Assembly: GCA_035221665.1 (NCBI GenBank)
Contig: CM069140.1
Location: 46,872,001-46,936,000, forward strand
From: Okamejei kenojei
Lineage: Eukaryota
DNA length: 64,000 bases
Direction: 5' to 3'
Part shown: positions 11,377 through 24,560 of the stretch, piece by piece
How positions within the stretch are numbered: the stretch's first letter is position 1
How the letters are laid out: the number at the start of each line of letters is the position of its first letter
Program-made: the position numbers and the translations under genes
Notes under the pieces: model-generated
What the model was told of the DNA's origin: nothing
Databases searched by the model: none
The model's input: only the letters and a program-made list of their open reading frames with translations

Positions 11377-12112
11377 ATAGAATAGAATAGAATGTCTTTT
11401 ATTGTAATTCAGACAAGGTTTGAATGAAATTTAATTCCTACAGTCTTGACATTACAAAAAAAAACCAAGACCCACACTTAACACAATTTACACAAACATC
11501 CATCACAGTGAATCTCCAACACCTCCTCATTGTAATGGAAGGCAAAAGTCTTATCTCTTCCATTTGTTCTTCTCCCACAGTCCAACTGCAGCGTCGAGGC
11601 AACTGGGGCTCACAATTTTAAAGCCCCCAGCGAGCAATGGTAAGTCCTGCTGTCGTTTAAGACGCACCGGGCGATGTTAGACCCCGCTCCGAGTCCTTTA
11701 AACCCTGCGATTCCGGCGGGAGAAGTTGCCGTTGCGGGAGCTCCGAAAAGCGGTCTCCCACCAGGAACTAAGAGCTCGCGATGTTCCTGTCCACTGGGCC
11801 TGCGGCCGGACCCTCCGAAGCTCCGAAGTCAGGTTGCAGCCACGCGCCACCAGCTCCGCGATGGCGGGTCCGCAGGCTCTGTGACTGGAGCCCTCAGGTT
11901 GGAGGCCGCCGCCGGCTTCACGATGTTAGGCCCAACGACACCGGAGACCCGACAGGGAAGAGATTAAACGGTTTCCCCCACCCCCCACATATACACAGCT
12001 AAAAAATAATAAAAACTTGAATCAACAATATACATTTAACGGTACAAAAATAAACAAAAGACAGACGGATTGCAGTCGAGCCGCTGCCGTTAGGCGCCGC
12101 CACACTCCAGCT
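11377..12112 (-). mobile_element. GC-rich non-autonomous retroposon with a (CTATT)n tail, inserted in Rex1
   Basis: Plus strand aatagaatagaatag tail; hairpin at ~11499-11538; Rex1 sequence on both sides. Confidence 0.75.
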
Positions 12113-12260
12113 GCACATCAGCTGCCTAAAGAAGGCACATCAGCAACTTCCTGAGAAGATTACGGAGATTCGGCATGTCGAAGAGGATTCTCCTAAACTT
12201 CTACAGGTGCACGGTAGAGAGCATTCTGACGGGTTGCACCTTGGCCTGGTTCGGCAACTT

Positions 12261-15200
12261 CATCAAAGTCAAAGTCAAGTCAAAAGAGTTTATTGTCATG
12301 TGTCCCTGACAGGACAATGAAATTCTTTCTTTGCATAGCACAACAGAACATAGTAGGCATTGACTACAATTATATTCTTAAATACACACATGAATGAATA
12401 AATGAGTGCAAATAACAGATGGAGAGGTATTAATGTTCAGAGTTTTGTCCAAACCAAGTTTAATAGCCTGATGGCTGTGGGGAAGTAGCTATTTCTGAAC
12501 TGGGTCGTTGTAGTCCTCGGGCTCCTGTACCTTCTACCCAAAGGTAGCAGGGAGATGAGTGTGTGGCCAGGGTGGTGTGGGTCCTTGATGATGCTGCCAG
12601 CCTTTTTGAGGCAGCGACTGCGGTAAATCCCCTCGATTGGAAGGAAGGTCAGAGCCGATGATGGACTGGGCAGTGTTTACTACTTTTTGTAGTCTTTTCC
12701 TCTCCAGGGCACTCAAGTTGCCGAACCAAGCTATGAGGCAACCGGTCAGCAAGCTCTCTACTGTGCACCTGTAGAAGTTAGTCCTCCTTGACAGACTGAC
12801 TCTCCGTAATCTTCTCAGGAAGTAGAGGAGCTGATGAGCTTTCTTAATAGTTGCATCTGTGTTCTCAGACCAGGAAAGATCTCCAGAGATGTGCATGCCC
12901 AGGAATTTGAAGCTCTTGACCCTTTCAACCATCGACCCGTTGATATAAACAGGACTGTGGGTCCCCATCCTACTCCTTCCAAAGTCCACAATCAGTTCCT
13001 TGGTTTTGCTGGTGTTGAGGACCAGGTTGTTGTGCTGGCACCATATGGACAGTAGCTCGATCTCTCTTCTATACTCTGACATCCCCATCAGTGATACGTC
13101 CCACAACAGTGGGGTCGTCAGCGAACTTGATGATGGAGTTCGCACTATGCCGGCTAAGCAGTCATGAGTATAGAGTGAGTACAGCAGGGGGCTGAGCACG
13201 CAGCCTTGATGTGCTCCCGTGCTGATTGTTATTGAGTCTGACACATTTCCACCAATACAAACAGACTGTGGTCTGTGAATGAGGAAGTCGAGGATCCAAT
13301 TGCAGAGGGATGCGCAGAGACCCAGTTCTGCGAGTTTGGTAACCAGCTTGGAGGGTTAAATGCCGAGCTGTAGTCAATGAATAACAGCCTGACATATGAG
13401 TTTTTGTTGTCCAAGTGGTCCAGAGCGGAGTGGAGGGCCAGCGAGATCGCGTCCACCGTTGATCTGTTGTGGCGGTAAGCGAACTGCAGTGAGTCCAGGT
13501 TTTTATCGAGGTAGGAATTGATTTTCGCCATGATCAACCTCTCAAAGCACTTAATCACCACAGGTGTTAGTGCCACTGGTCGATTGTCATTGAAGCATGT
13601 CTCCTTGCTCTTCTTGGGCACCGGTATTATTGATGCCCTTTTGAAGCAGGTGGGAACCTCAGACCTCAGAAGTGACAGGTTGAAAATGTCCGTAAAAACT
13701 CCAGCCAGTTGGTCCGCACAGGGTTTAGAACACGACCAGGTATACCATCAAGTCCAGACGCTTTTCGAGGGTTCGCCCCTCTGAAGGATTTCCCGACGTC
13801 GGCCTCTGTGACTGAGACTGAAATACCATCACAGCGAATGGGGGCTCGGGAAGGTTCTCCCTATCAAAGCGTGCATAAAATGCATTGAACTCATCAGGGA
13901 GTGATGTATTGCCGACATCCGAGCTGCCTCCTGGTTTCGCCTTGTAGGAGGTGATTGCATTCAGTCCCCGCCACAGCTGCCGAACATCAGTCTCATCCTC
14001 CAGCTTGGAGCAGAACTCCCTTTTGACCTTTTTGATGGCCTTACCAAGGTCGTATCTGGACTTCGTGTAGACCACTGTATCATCAGACATGAATGCTCGG
14101 TGTCTGGTCTTCAGAAGAGTGCGGATCTCACAGTTCATCCAAGGTTTCTGATTGGGAAACACTCGGAGGTTTTGGTGGGGATGCAGTCCTCCACACATTT
14201 CTTAATGAAGTCTGTAACGACTGTGGTGTATTCGTTCAAGTCCGTTGCCGAGTCCTTGAACATTGCCCAGTCTACAGACTACAAACAGTCCTGTAGTTGT
14301 TCCTCTGCCCCCCCCCCCCCCCGACCAGCTCTGTACTGTCCTCACCTCTGGGGTACGCTCTTTAATTGCTGCCTGTAGGCAGGAAGAAGCAGCACCACAG
14401 TATGGTCGGATTTCCCGAAGTGAGTGCGAGGGATAGAGCGGTAGGCATTCTTGATGGTGGTGTAGCAGTGGTCGAGGGTGTTTGGTCCTCTGGTGCAGCA
14501 GGAGACATGTTGGTGGAAGTTGGGGAGTGATTTGCATTATTGAAGTCCCCAGCAATGGTGGTTAATGCCGCAGGGTAAGACGTCTGGTGTTTGTTGACCA
14601 CGGCGTGCAGCTCCTCCAGTGCCAGATGGACATCTGCCTGGGGTGGGATGTAGACCGCGGTCAGGATGATGGAGGTGAATTCCCTCGGAAGGTAGAAGGG
14701 ACGGCACTTCACTGCCAGATGTTCCAGGTGTGGAGAGCAGGGGTTGTACAGGACTGCTACGTCTGTGCACCACGCAGAGTTGACCATGAGGCAGACGCCC
14801 CCTCCTCTCCCTTTTCCCGATGCCAGTGTACGGTCCATGCGGTGGATGGAGAACCCTTCAGGCTGGACCGCTGAGTCTGGGGAGCTGGGGGTGAGCCATG
14901 TCTCTGTGAAACAGAACACAGAGCATTCCCTCAGCTCCCTTTGATAGAGCAGCCTTGCCCTTAAGTCCTCCACTTTATTTTCAAGGGACTGTACATTGGC
15001 CAGTTGGATAATAGGGAGAAGGGGCCGAAGTCCCCTGCGCTTCATTCTGACCTGAAGTCCTGCCCGCCGGCCACGTTTCCGGACACAATGGCGGCTTCCC
15101 CTTTGTTTTCAGGTACTGTGTTTCCTGTACCTGCTGTTTCTGCAGACCAGCGCTGGAACGGGAATTCCCTCACAGACGGCAGCTCCAGCTCCGTAATGAA

Positions 15201-15526
15201 CGGGGGTTCCCTCAGAGTCAGCAGCTCCAGCTTCATTTTTTCTGGGATTTTTTCCGTCGGCTCTGGAGGTCATCCCGCGGTGTCCAGGTGCCGTACCTGG
15301 GATCCTCAGTCGGGTCGGAAGTTTCACAGCCAGCGTGGGAAAATTTAAAGTCCGGGGCTCCCGCAGCTGCGGGAGATCGCAAAATTGGCAGCGCTTTCAG
15401 CTGCCCAAGCAGCCTGTCTGAAACGGCACCGATTACTGCCATTTTTCTGATGCAGGTAGGTTGTTGGAAGTTGTAGTTAAACCTTTTATGTTCCGGAGCT
15501 CCGCAAGAGTCGCCGCAGACAGGCGC
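12261..15526 (-). mobile_element. Near full-length Rex1/Babar LINE (APE endonuclease and RT, frameshifted)
   Basis: EN motifs LANVQSLENK, FTETWL, GDFN; RT motifs [18 protein letters not shown]; (CTTGA/CTTTGA)n tail; CAACTT direct repeat on both sides. Confidence 0.9.
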
Positions 15527-16189
15527 CAACTTGAACGGCCAGGAGCGAAAAAGACTCCAAAATGTTGAGACCACTGCCCAGTCCATCACCGGTTTTGACC
15601 TCCCCACCGTCGAAGGGATCTATCATATTCACTGCCTCAAAAAGGCAGCCAAAATCTTCAAGGACCCTCATATTTCCGAATATCTTTCCTGGACCCAGCA
15701 CACCGATGCAATTATCAATAGAATAGAATAGTTTAGAATGCCTTTTATTGTAATTCAGACAAGGTTTGAACGAAATTTCATTCCTACAGTCTTGACATTA
15801 CAAAAAAAAACAAGACTCACACATAAACACAATTTACACAAACATCCATCACAGTGAATCTCCAACACCTCCTCACTGTGTCCTGGCCACACTCATCTCA
15901 CCATTGCCATTAGGAAGAAGGTACAGGCGCCTGAAAACTAACGTCCAGCTTCAGGAACAGCTTCTTTCCTACAGCCTTTAGGCTATTAAACACAACAACG
16001 AATAAGCTCTGAGCTCTGAACTGCAAAAGACTTATTATTGCACTATATTTGTTATTTATTGAACTTTTTTTTCTCTTCCCCTGTTATGTACTATGTTTAC
16101 ATATTCACATATTCTGTTGTGCTGCAGAAAGTAAAAATTTCATTGTCCCATTCGGGACATATGACAATAAAACACTTGACTCTACCTCC

Positions 16190-18500
16190 TGCTAGTGAGG
16201 GCAGGAACATGGAGATAGGGGATTTGAATGTGTGGCTGGTGCAGGGAGCAAGGATTTAGCTTGATAGACCACTGGGGTCTCTTCTCGGGTAGGGTTGACC
16301 TGTTCAAAAGGGACGGGTTACACCTTAACTGGAGGGGGACGAACGTTCTGGCAGGCAGGTTTGCTAGTGCTACACGTGTGGGTTTAAACTAAATAGTGCG
16401 GGGGGGGGGGAAGGGATTGACAAATTGGGAGTATAAAGATGGTTGAAGGGGAAGTGAGTACAGGAAAAGTTACAAAAGACTCCCAAATTAATGGGAAGGA
16501 AAGTGTTGTATATGAATGCGCGAAGTATAAGAAATAAAGTTGACGAGCTTGAGGCTCAGTTAGAAATTGGCAAGTATGATGTTTTGTGAATTACAGAGAC
16601 ATGGCTGCAAGAAGGCCAGGGCTGGGAACTGAATATTCAACGGTATACATCCTATCGAAAAGACAGACAGGTGGGCAGACGGGGTGGGGTAGCTCTGTTG
16701 GTGAGGAATGAAATTCAGTTCCTTGCACTGGGTGACATTGAAACAGGAGATGTGGACTCAGTATGGATAGAACTGAGAAATTGTAATGGTAAAAAGACCC
16801 TAAAGTGGGACTTATCTGCAGGCCCCCAAACAGTAGCCTGGATACAGGGTGCAAGTTGAATCAAGAGTTAAGATTGGCATGTCGTAAAGGTAATGCTAAC
16901 GTTGTTATGGGAGGATTCAACATGCAGGTAGACTGGGAAAATCAGGTTGGTACTGGACCCCAAGAAAGTGAGTTTGTAGAGTGCTTCCCTGATGTATTTT
17001 TAGAGCAGCTTGTACTGGAGCCGACCAGCGAGAAGGCAATTCTGGATTTAGTGTTGTGGAATGAACCGGATTTGATAAGGGAACTCGAGGTGAAGGAGCC
17101 ATTAGGAGGTAGTGAACATAATAGGATAAGTTTTAATCTACAATTTGAGATGGAGAAGGGTAAATCGAAGTAGTCAGTATTACAGTTGAACAAAGGGGAA
17201 GAGCTGGCCAAAGTTGACTGGAAAGATACCCAAGCAGGCATGACAGTGGAGCAACAATGGCAGGTATTTCTGGAAACAATACAGAAGGTGCAGGATCAGT
17301 TCAGTCCAAAGAGGAAGAAAGCTTCCAAGGGGAGTAAGGGGAGACCGTGGCTGACAAGGGAAGTCAGGGACTATAAAAATAAAGAAGTATAAGATAAGCG
17401 GGAAGCCAGAGGAGGGCAACTTTTAAAGGGCAACAGAAGATAACTGAAAAGGCAATACGTGAGGAAAAGATGAGTTACGAAGGTAAGCTAGCCAAGAATA
17501 TAAAGGAGGATAGTAAAAGCTTCTTTATGTATGTGAAGAGGAAAAAAATAGTTAAGACTAAAGTTGGACCCTTGAAGACTGAAAACGGTGAATTTATTAT
17601 CGGAACGAGGAAATGGCAGACGAGTTGAACAGGTACTTTGTTTCCTCCTTAGTGAATCTCCAATCTCCCTGATGTTCTAGTGGCCAGGGGATCTAGGGTG
17701 ACAGAGGAACTGAGGGAAATTCACATTGGACAGGAAATGGTGATGGGACTGAAGGCAGATAAATCACCAGGGCCTGGTGGTCTGCATCCCAGGGTACTTA
17801 AGGAAGTGGCTCAAGAAATTGTAGACACATTGGTGATCATTTTCCAATGTTCTACGGACTCAGGATCAGTTTCTGTGGGTTGGAGGGTAGCTAATGTTAT
17901 CCCACATTTCAAGAAAGGCGGAGAGAGAAAACTGAATTATAGGCCAGTTAGTCTGACATCGGTGGTGGGGAAGATGCTGGAGTCAATTATAAAAAATGAA
18001 ATAGCGGCACATTTGGAAAGCAGTAGCAAAATCGGTCCGAGTCAGCATGGATTTACGAAGGGGAAATCATGCTTGACTAATCTTCTGGAATTTTTTGAGG
18101 ATGTAACTAGGAGAATGGACAAGGGAGAGCCAGTAGATGTAGTGTACCTGGACTTTCAAAAAGCTTTTGATAAGGTCCCACATAGGAGATTAGTGGGCAA
18201 AATTAGAGCACATGGCATTGGGGGTAGGGTGCTGACATAGATAGAAAATTGGTTGGCAGGCAGGAAATAAAGAGTAGCGATTAACGGGTCCCTTTCGGAA
18301 TGGCAGGCAGTGAGTAGTGGGGTACCGCGAAGCTCAGTGCTAGGACTGCAGCTATTTGCAATATAGATTAATGATTTAGATGAAGGGTTTAAAAGTAGAT
18401 GACATAAAACTGTGTGGCAGTGTGAACTGTGAAGAGGATGCTATGAGGATGCAGGGTAACTTGGACAGGTAGGGTGAGTTGGCAGATGCAGTTTAGTGTA
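16190..18500 (+). mobile_element. CR1 LINE: ORF1 end, EN and RT (degenerate); continues at 23599-24025
   Basis: RDGLHLNWRGT (ORF1); NARSIRNK, TETWL; NYRPVSLTS, YLDFQKAFDKVPH. The sequence resumes at taatgtggataagtgtgag. Confidence 0.92.
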
Positions 18501-18506
18501 GGTATA

Positions 18507-20235
18507 CAGGGCTCAAAAGTTAACAGTTGCCCGGGTGCCAATGGCCATCTATAGTCCCGCCGAGCAACCTAAAAGACGTGGCATTTTGCCCGGCTTGGCA
18601 AGCATCCGGGACACCTGCCGTTCAACTCTGAGTGGGAGCCCCCTCTCTATCTCTCTCTGTCAGTCTCCGTCTCCGCTCGCCATCCATGTCTCCGCTCTCC
18701 ACTCACCGCTCTCCGCCCGCTCCTCATCTGCCAGCAAATTCGCACTGCCACGGCCTGCACATGCGCACAACCACGGCCAGCACATCATTGACCGCCCTGC
18801 ACATGTGCAGGGCAACTGGTCGGTGTCGGGCACTGTCTCCCTCTCTTTGCATTGTGGGAGATCTGCCCGCCATTGCTGTCCGGGCGCTGCCTCGCCATGC
18901 CGTGAAAACCAACGCAGAATCACTCCCTGGAACTGGAGTAACTCAGATGAGTAGACAAGGTAAAGTCCCAGTAAGTCCAGAATCCGTGCTTCCCTACCGG
19001 AGACCGCAGCTTCAGGTTGGTGTAGGCCGGCGGTCGAAGATCTAAAGTCCCCGCCGCCCTGCAGTCGGAAGCACCGCAGTCTGCAGGGTCGGCAGTCGGA
19101 GCTCTTCTCCAGGGGTCCCCGGCGAGGGATCCCAGGCTGCGGACGCTGTGCCAGCTGGAGCTCCGCAGACCTCGGCTTCAGGCTGCCGCGATGGAGCGCT
19201 CCCCTCCGGCGACCTCCGGCGAGGGCTCACCCGTTCCGCAACAAGAGTCCACGCTGCGCCCGCAGCTGAAGCCCCGGCACGCCTCCGGGAAATGCCGCAC
19301 CGATCCTCGATGTTAGGCCACGGGGGAGGCGACATGGAAAAAGTCACCCCTCCGTGGAGGAGGCGACCGAAACGGTTTCCCTCTTACTCCCCCACACCAC
19401 CCCCCACACAGGACACACAGAGAGACACCAAAAACACACATTAGGACACACTAAAAAAATGTTTAAAGTAGAAAAAACTAACACTCTGCTGGCAGGGCTG
19501 CCGGCTTGCAGCCCCCCCACGACCTTCTTCAGACTGATGTCCGGGGGTGGGGGCGGGAAAAGGAAAGGAAGAGGCGGAGACAGTAGGCAGTGGGAGAGCT
19601 GGGAATAGGAGGGGAAGGAGGGAGAAAGCAAGGACTACCTGAAATTGGAGAAGCCAATGTTCATACCGCTGGGGTGTAAACTACCCAAGCGAAATATGAA
19701 GTGCAATTCCTCCAATTTGCGGTGGGCCTCACTCATGGAGAAGGCCCAGGACAGAAAGGTCGGGTTCTGAATGGAAGGGGGAGTTGAAGTGCTGAGCCAC
19801 CGGGAGATCAGGTTGGTTATTGCGAACTGAGTGGAGGTGTTGTGCGAAGCAATCACCAAGCCTGCGCTTGTTCTCACCGAGGTTGATCATACGCTGAATA
19901 ATCTAACCACATTTTTGTTTGGAAGTGGAAAGAAATAATAGAAATTGTATTAATTGCAATGTGTAAAAAGAGTTAAGATACTGTATTATAATTTTGCTGC
20001 ATGTCATTGTGGTATATTCATGTCATGTTTAGTTTGTGACTTTATTTGAAGCAGAGATAATATGTGAATGCTTCATTGAGCATAATCCCGAATGGTAACT
20101 ACGCACTTCGTCCGCGCACATTATCGCACACGTCATGCAAACCGTCTTAAATGACCAGCTAAACTGTCATTTGGCAACCTAAAAAGCTGGCTAGGTGGCC
20201 CGGCTGGAAACAGAAAAAACGTTGCGAGAGCCCTG
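18507..20235 (+). mobile_element. Composite non-autonomous hAT-like element carrying retroelement fragments
   Basis: Termini CAGGGCTC...GAGCCCTG; the subterminal repeat gcaacctaaaa is present at both ends; no clear TSD. Confidence 0.6.
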
Positions 20236-20239
20236 ATAT

Positions 20240-23200
20240 AACATCATCTACTCCATTGCGAAACCTCTTGAAGGTATGTCTACTTTGAAGAAGTTCTCCT
20301 GCTCTCTCCGAATACAATTTAGCAACCTCTTCTGCCTCCCCCCCCCTCTGTGATTTCCCCCTTCCCTCCAACTCTACGACCACATCTTAACCCAGATCCG
20401 TTACCACAGCCATGTTTGCTTTCGCGGGACTTGCCTATGCCTCCATCTTGTACCTCATGGATTCCAGCTCCAGTTCCCTACCTCCCAGATCGAACCCAAC
20501 CCGGACTATAGATTCCGACAGTTATCTGTCACTTTACACGGCAGTTCTCCTTCCGTGCCCTGCAGTCTACTCTGGCTAAGATGCGCCAGTACCAGCAGGA
20601 CCTCGCTTTGACTCTCCCAAAACTTCGGGCCTCACTCACCCAGACCTGCAACAGACCCCTACTATACTTCATCCAACAGCAAGTCCACGACTTCAACAAA
20701 CGATACCAAGGACCGTAAACACGCCCGCCTCCAGAACGCTCCTGCCACTGATACTCCGCGACTCGACCGCCTGCAGGCATGGGCTCCAACTCTGGCCCGC
20801 GCCGCCTGAGTCCTGCGATGCCATCTTTGCCATGAGGAGCAGCACCAGCATTCACCGCCTCCCTGACCGATCTCAGGCCCGGACCACCGAAGATGCCGCC
20901 ATCACTGACCTCCACGTGGCCGCTGCTGCCGACCTTCACCTACTCACTGATGACGCCGACCCTCGCTGCCTCACCGTTACCTCCGACTATCGCCTCACCG
21001 GCCATCCGCTGATCAGGACTTCCGACGCTTCGCCCCCTGACCTCTACCGACCCTCGCCACTCCACCGCCCACCAGCAGGCCGCAGCCGTTGCCTTTCCTG
21101 AGCCCTAGGCTCAGCACCGGGACTGAAGTCTCCGCGCAGCAGACTCATACCACGGGGTTTGACTGTGCTGGGTCCTAGTGCTCCCCCCCCCTACACAGGG
21201 AACCTCAGTTGGTGTTCCACTGGGTCGTCCCCTTCCCCCTTGTACCATGTGACCCCAGCTCCTCCTCACCCACACTATAGTCCTCATACCTCCCTTCCCA
21301 CCCACCACCACCCTACCAGACATTGCCTCGGCCTCTGTCCACTCACATGCCTTCCTCCAGCCCCAATTCCCATCCTTGCTGTGTGTTCACCATCCCCCCC
21401 TGACCTCCCCCTCTCTGATACCGAATGTCTGTCCTCAGAAGACTCACCTTTGTTCCCCTCCATCCCCACCTCAATGAGTTTCGTGTTCGCCACGATGTGG
21501 AGCTCTTCTGTCGCCTCCATATCCAAGCGTTTTTCCATGGGAAGGAGTCCTCACCCCCTAGTTATGACCGCTTCTCCCGTCGCCAATGTACCCCCTCCTC
21601 TTGGACTCCCCCTCATGGCCATCTAGCTGCTTCAGACCTTTTTATTTTAAACTGCCGGCAGGACCGCCTCAACTTTTCTACTACCCTTTCTCACTATAAC
21701 CTCTCCACCCCTGAACGTACAGCCCTCCACTCACTCTGCAACAAACCTGTGATCAAACCTGCCAACAAGGGAGGTGTCATGGTAGTGTGGCGCACTGCTC
21801 CCTTCCGGTCTAATGCCAGGCGCCAACTCTCAGATACCTCCTCCTACTTATCCTTGGACCATGACCTCACAGAGGAACACCAGGCCATTATCGCAAACAC
21901 CATCACTGGTTTTGTCGCTTCTGGCTCCTTGTCCTCCCAAGCCTCCAACCTCATTATTCTCCAGACCCGTACGGCCCGATTTTGCCTTCTCCCCAAAATC
22001 CACAAACCTGACTGTCCTGGCAGACCCATTGTTTCTGCTTGTTCTTGTCCCACCGAACTTATTTCCACATATCTCGACTCCGTCCTATCCCCACTGGTCA
22101 AATCCCTCCCCACCTATATCCAAGACACCTCACATGCTCCTCCATGACTTCCGTTTTCCAGGCCCCCACTCCCTCATCTTCACCATGGATGTCCAGTCAC
22201 TCTACACCTCCATCCCCCACCAGGAGAGTCTTAAAGCCCTCCGTTTCGTCCTCGACCGCAGCACCAACCAATCCCCGTCTACTAATACTCGCCTCTGCCT
22301 ATTGGAGCTGGTCCTTACCCTCAACAACTTTTCCTTTGACTCCTCTCATTTCCTCCAAATGCAAGGCGTAGACTTGGGCAGTTGTATGGCCCCAGCTTTG
22401 CCTGCCTCTTTGTAGGGTACGTCAAACAATCCTTGTTCAAGGTGTACCGTAGCCCTATCCACGAACTCTAACCTCCGCTACATTGACAACTGCATTGGTG
22501 CTACATCCTGCACCCATGCAGAACTCACTGACTTAATCCATTTCACCACTAACTTCCATCCGATACTCAAATTCACCTCAACCATTTCCGACATCTCCCT
22601 ACCGTTTCTAGACCTCACTATCTCCATCGCAGGTAACAGACTACTGACCGACATCTACTACAAACCCACTGATTCCCATGGCTATCTGGACTACATTTCT
22701 TCCCACCCCTCTTCGACTATAGATGAGGCTCTAACCAAGGTCTCCTCTATATCCCGTAGCTCCGCTCCCACTCCCCATCCCCCCCACTCGTAACAAGGAC
22801 AGAGTCCCCCTTGTCCTCACCTTCCACCCTATCAGCCGTCACGTACAATAGATAATCCTCCAACATTTTCGCCACCTCCAATGGGATCACACCACTGGCC
22901 ACATCTTCCCATCTCATCCCCGCAGAGACCGCTCCCTCCGTAACTCCCTGGTCAATTCGTCCCTTCCCACCCAAACCACCCCCTCCCCTGGAACTTTCCC
23001 TTTGCAACTGCAGGAAATGCACTTGTTGCTTTACCTCCTCCCTTGACTCCATCCAAGGACCCAAGCAGTCTTTCCAGGAGAGGCAGAGGTTCACCTGCAG
23101 CTCCTCCAACCTCATTTATTGCATCCGCTGTTCCAGGTGTCAACTGCTCTACATCAGTGAAACCAACCGCAGGCTTGGCGATCGCTTCGCCCAACACCTC

Positions 23201-23598
23201 CGCTCAGTTTGCAATAACCAACCTGATCTCCCGGTGGCTCAGCACTTCAACTCCCCCTCCCATTTTGAATCTGACCTTTCTGTCCTGGGCCTCCTTCATG
23301 GCCAGACTGAGTCCCACCACAAATTGGAGGAGCAGCACCTCATTTTTCGCTTTGGTAGTTTACACCCCAGCAGTATGATCATTGACCTCCAATTTCAGGT
23401 AGTCCTTTCTTTCTCCCTCCTTCCCCTCCTCTTCCCAGTTCTCCTACAGCCTACTGTCTCCGCCTCTTCCTTTCTCCTTCCCGTCCCCCCCCACCCCCAC
23501 ATCAGTCTGAAGAAGGGTCTCGACCCGAAGCTTCACCTATTCCTTCGCTCCATAAATGCTGCCTCGCCCGTTGAGTTTCTCCAGCATTTTTCTCTATC
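20240..23598 (+). mobile_element. Near full-length Penelope/Poseidon-like element (RT and GIY-YIG, many frameshifts)
   Basis: YHSH...CL N-terminal motif; KPANKGG; LPKIHK; TMDVQSLYTSIP; YIDN (mutated YIDD); LIYCIRC...LYISET; 3' repeat with a degenerate hammerhead at 23505-23536. Confidence 0.92.
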
Positions 23599-24025
23599 TT
23601 TAATGTGGATAAGTGTGAGATTATCCACTTTGGTGACAAAAACAGGAAGGCAGATTATCATCTAAATGGAATCAAGTTTGGAAAAGGGGAAGTACAATGG
23701 GATCTGGGGGTCCTTGTACATCAGTCAATGAAAGTAAACATGCAGGTACAGCAGGCAGTGAAGAAAGCAAATGGCATGTTGGCCTTCATAACAAGAGGAG
23801 TTGAGTCTAGGAGAAAAGAGGTCCTTCTGCAGTTGTACAGGGCCCTAATGAGACCACACCTGGAGTATTGTGTGCAGGTTTGGTCTCCCAATTTGAGGAA
23901 GGACATTCTTGCTTTTGAGGGAGTGCAGTAGCATAGGTTCACCAGCTTAATTCCCGGGATAGCGGGACTGTCACACGTTGATAAAATGGAGCGGCTGAGC
24001 TTGTATACTCTGGAATTTAGAAGGA
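23599..24025 (+). mobile_element. CR1 RT continuation
   Basis: ORF 23605-23931: DKCEIIHFG...RPHLEYCVQ. Confidence 0.9.
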
Positions 24026-24026
24026 T

Positions 24027-24560
24027 GGGTCTTTGCACACCCTTTGGATCCTCGACTTCCTCATTCACAGACCAGTCTGTTTGAATTGGCAGAAATACTT
24101 CACCCTTATTAACAATCAGAATGGGAGCACCTCAAGGCTGCGTGCTCAGCCCCCTACTCTACTCACTCTATACTCATTTCTGTGTAGCCGGATATAGTGC
24201 GAATGCTCTCATCAAGTTCGCCGACGACACCACCGTTATGGGATGAATTACAGATGGTGATGAGTCCGAGTATAGAAGTGAGATTGACCAATTGACCAAA
24301 TGGTGCTAGCACAACAACCTGACTCTCAATATCAGTAAAACCAAAGAACTGATTGTGGACTTTGGAAGAGGAAGGATGAGGACCCACAATCCTGTTTATA
24401 TCAATGGGACGATGGTGGAGAGAGCCAAAAACTTCAAATTCCTGGGCGTGCATAATTCCAAAGATCTTTCACTGATGCAATTACAAGGAAAGCACATCAG
24501 CGCCACTACTTCCTGAGAAGATATCAGAGATTCGGTACGTCAAAGAGGATTCTCTTGAAC
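24027..24560 (+). mobile_element. Rex1/Babar RT fragment
   Basis: GAPQGCVLSP and KFADDT motifs; similar to 10910-11375. Confidence 0.85.

Larger units (their letters stand above)
10245..16180 (+). mobile_element. Rex1/Babar LINE RT region, fragmented by nested insertions (pieces ~10245-11375, 12113-12260, 15527-16180)
   Basis: [35 protein letters not shown]; 3' tail gacaataaaacacttgact. A short CR1 3' end is inserted at ~10436-10520. Confidence 0.85.

Noticed and set aside
20274-20395. Possible retained intron in the Penelope 5' region (AAG|GTATGT ... CCCAG)
   Set aside because: The candidate acceptor falls within what reads as Penelope N-terminal coding sequence (LYDHILTQIRYHSH), so splicing is unsupported.
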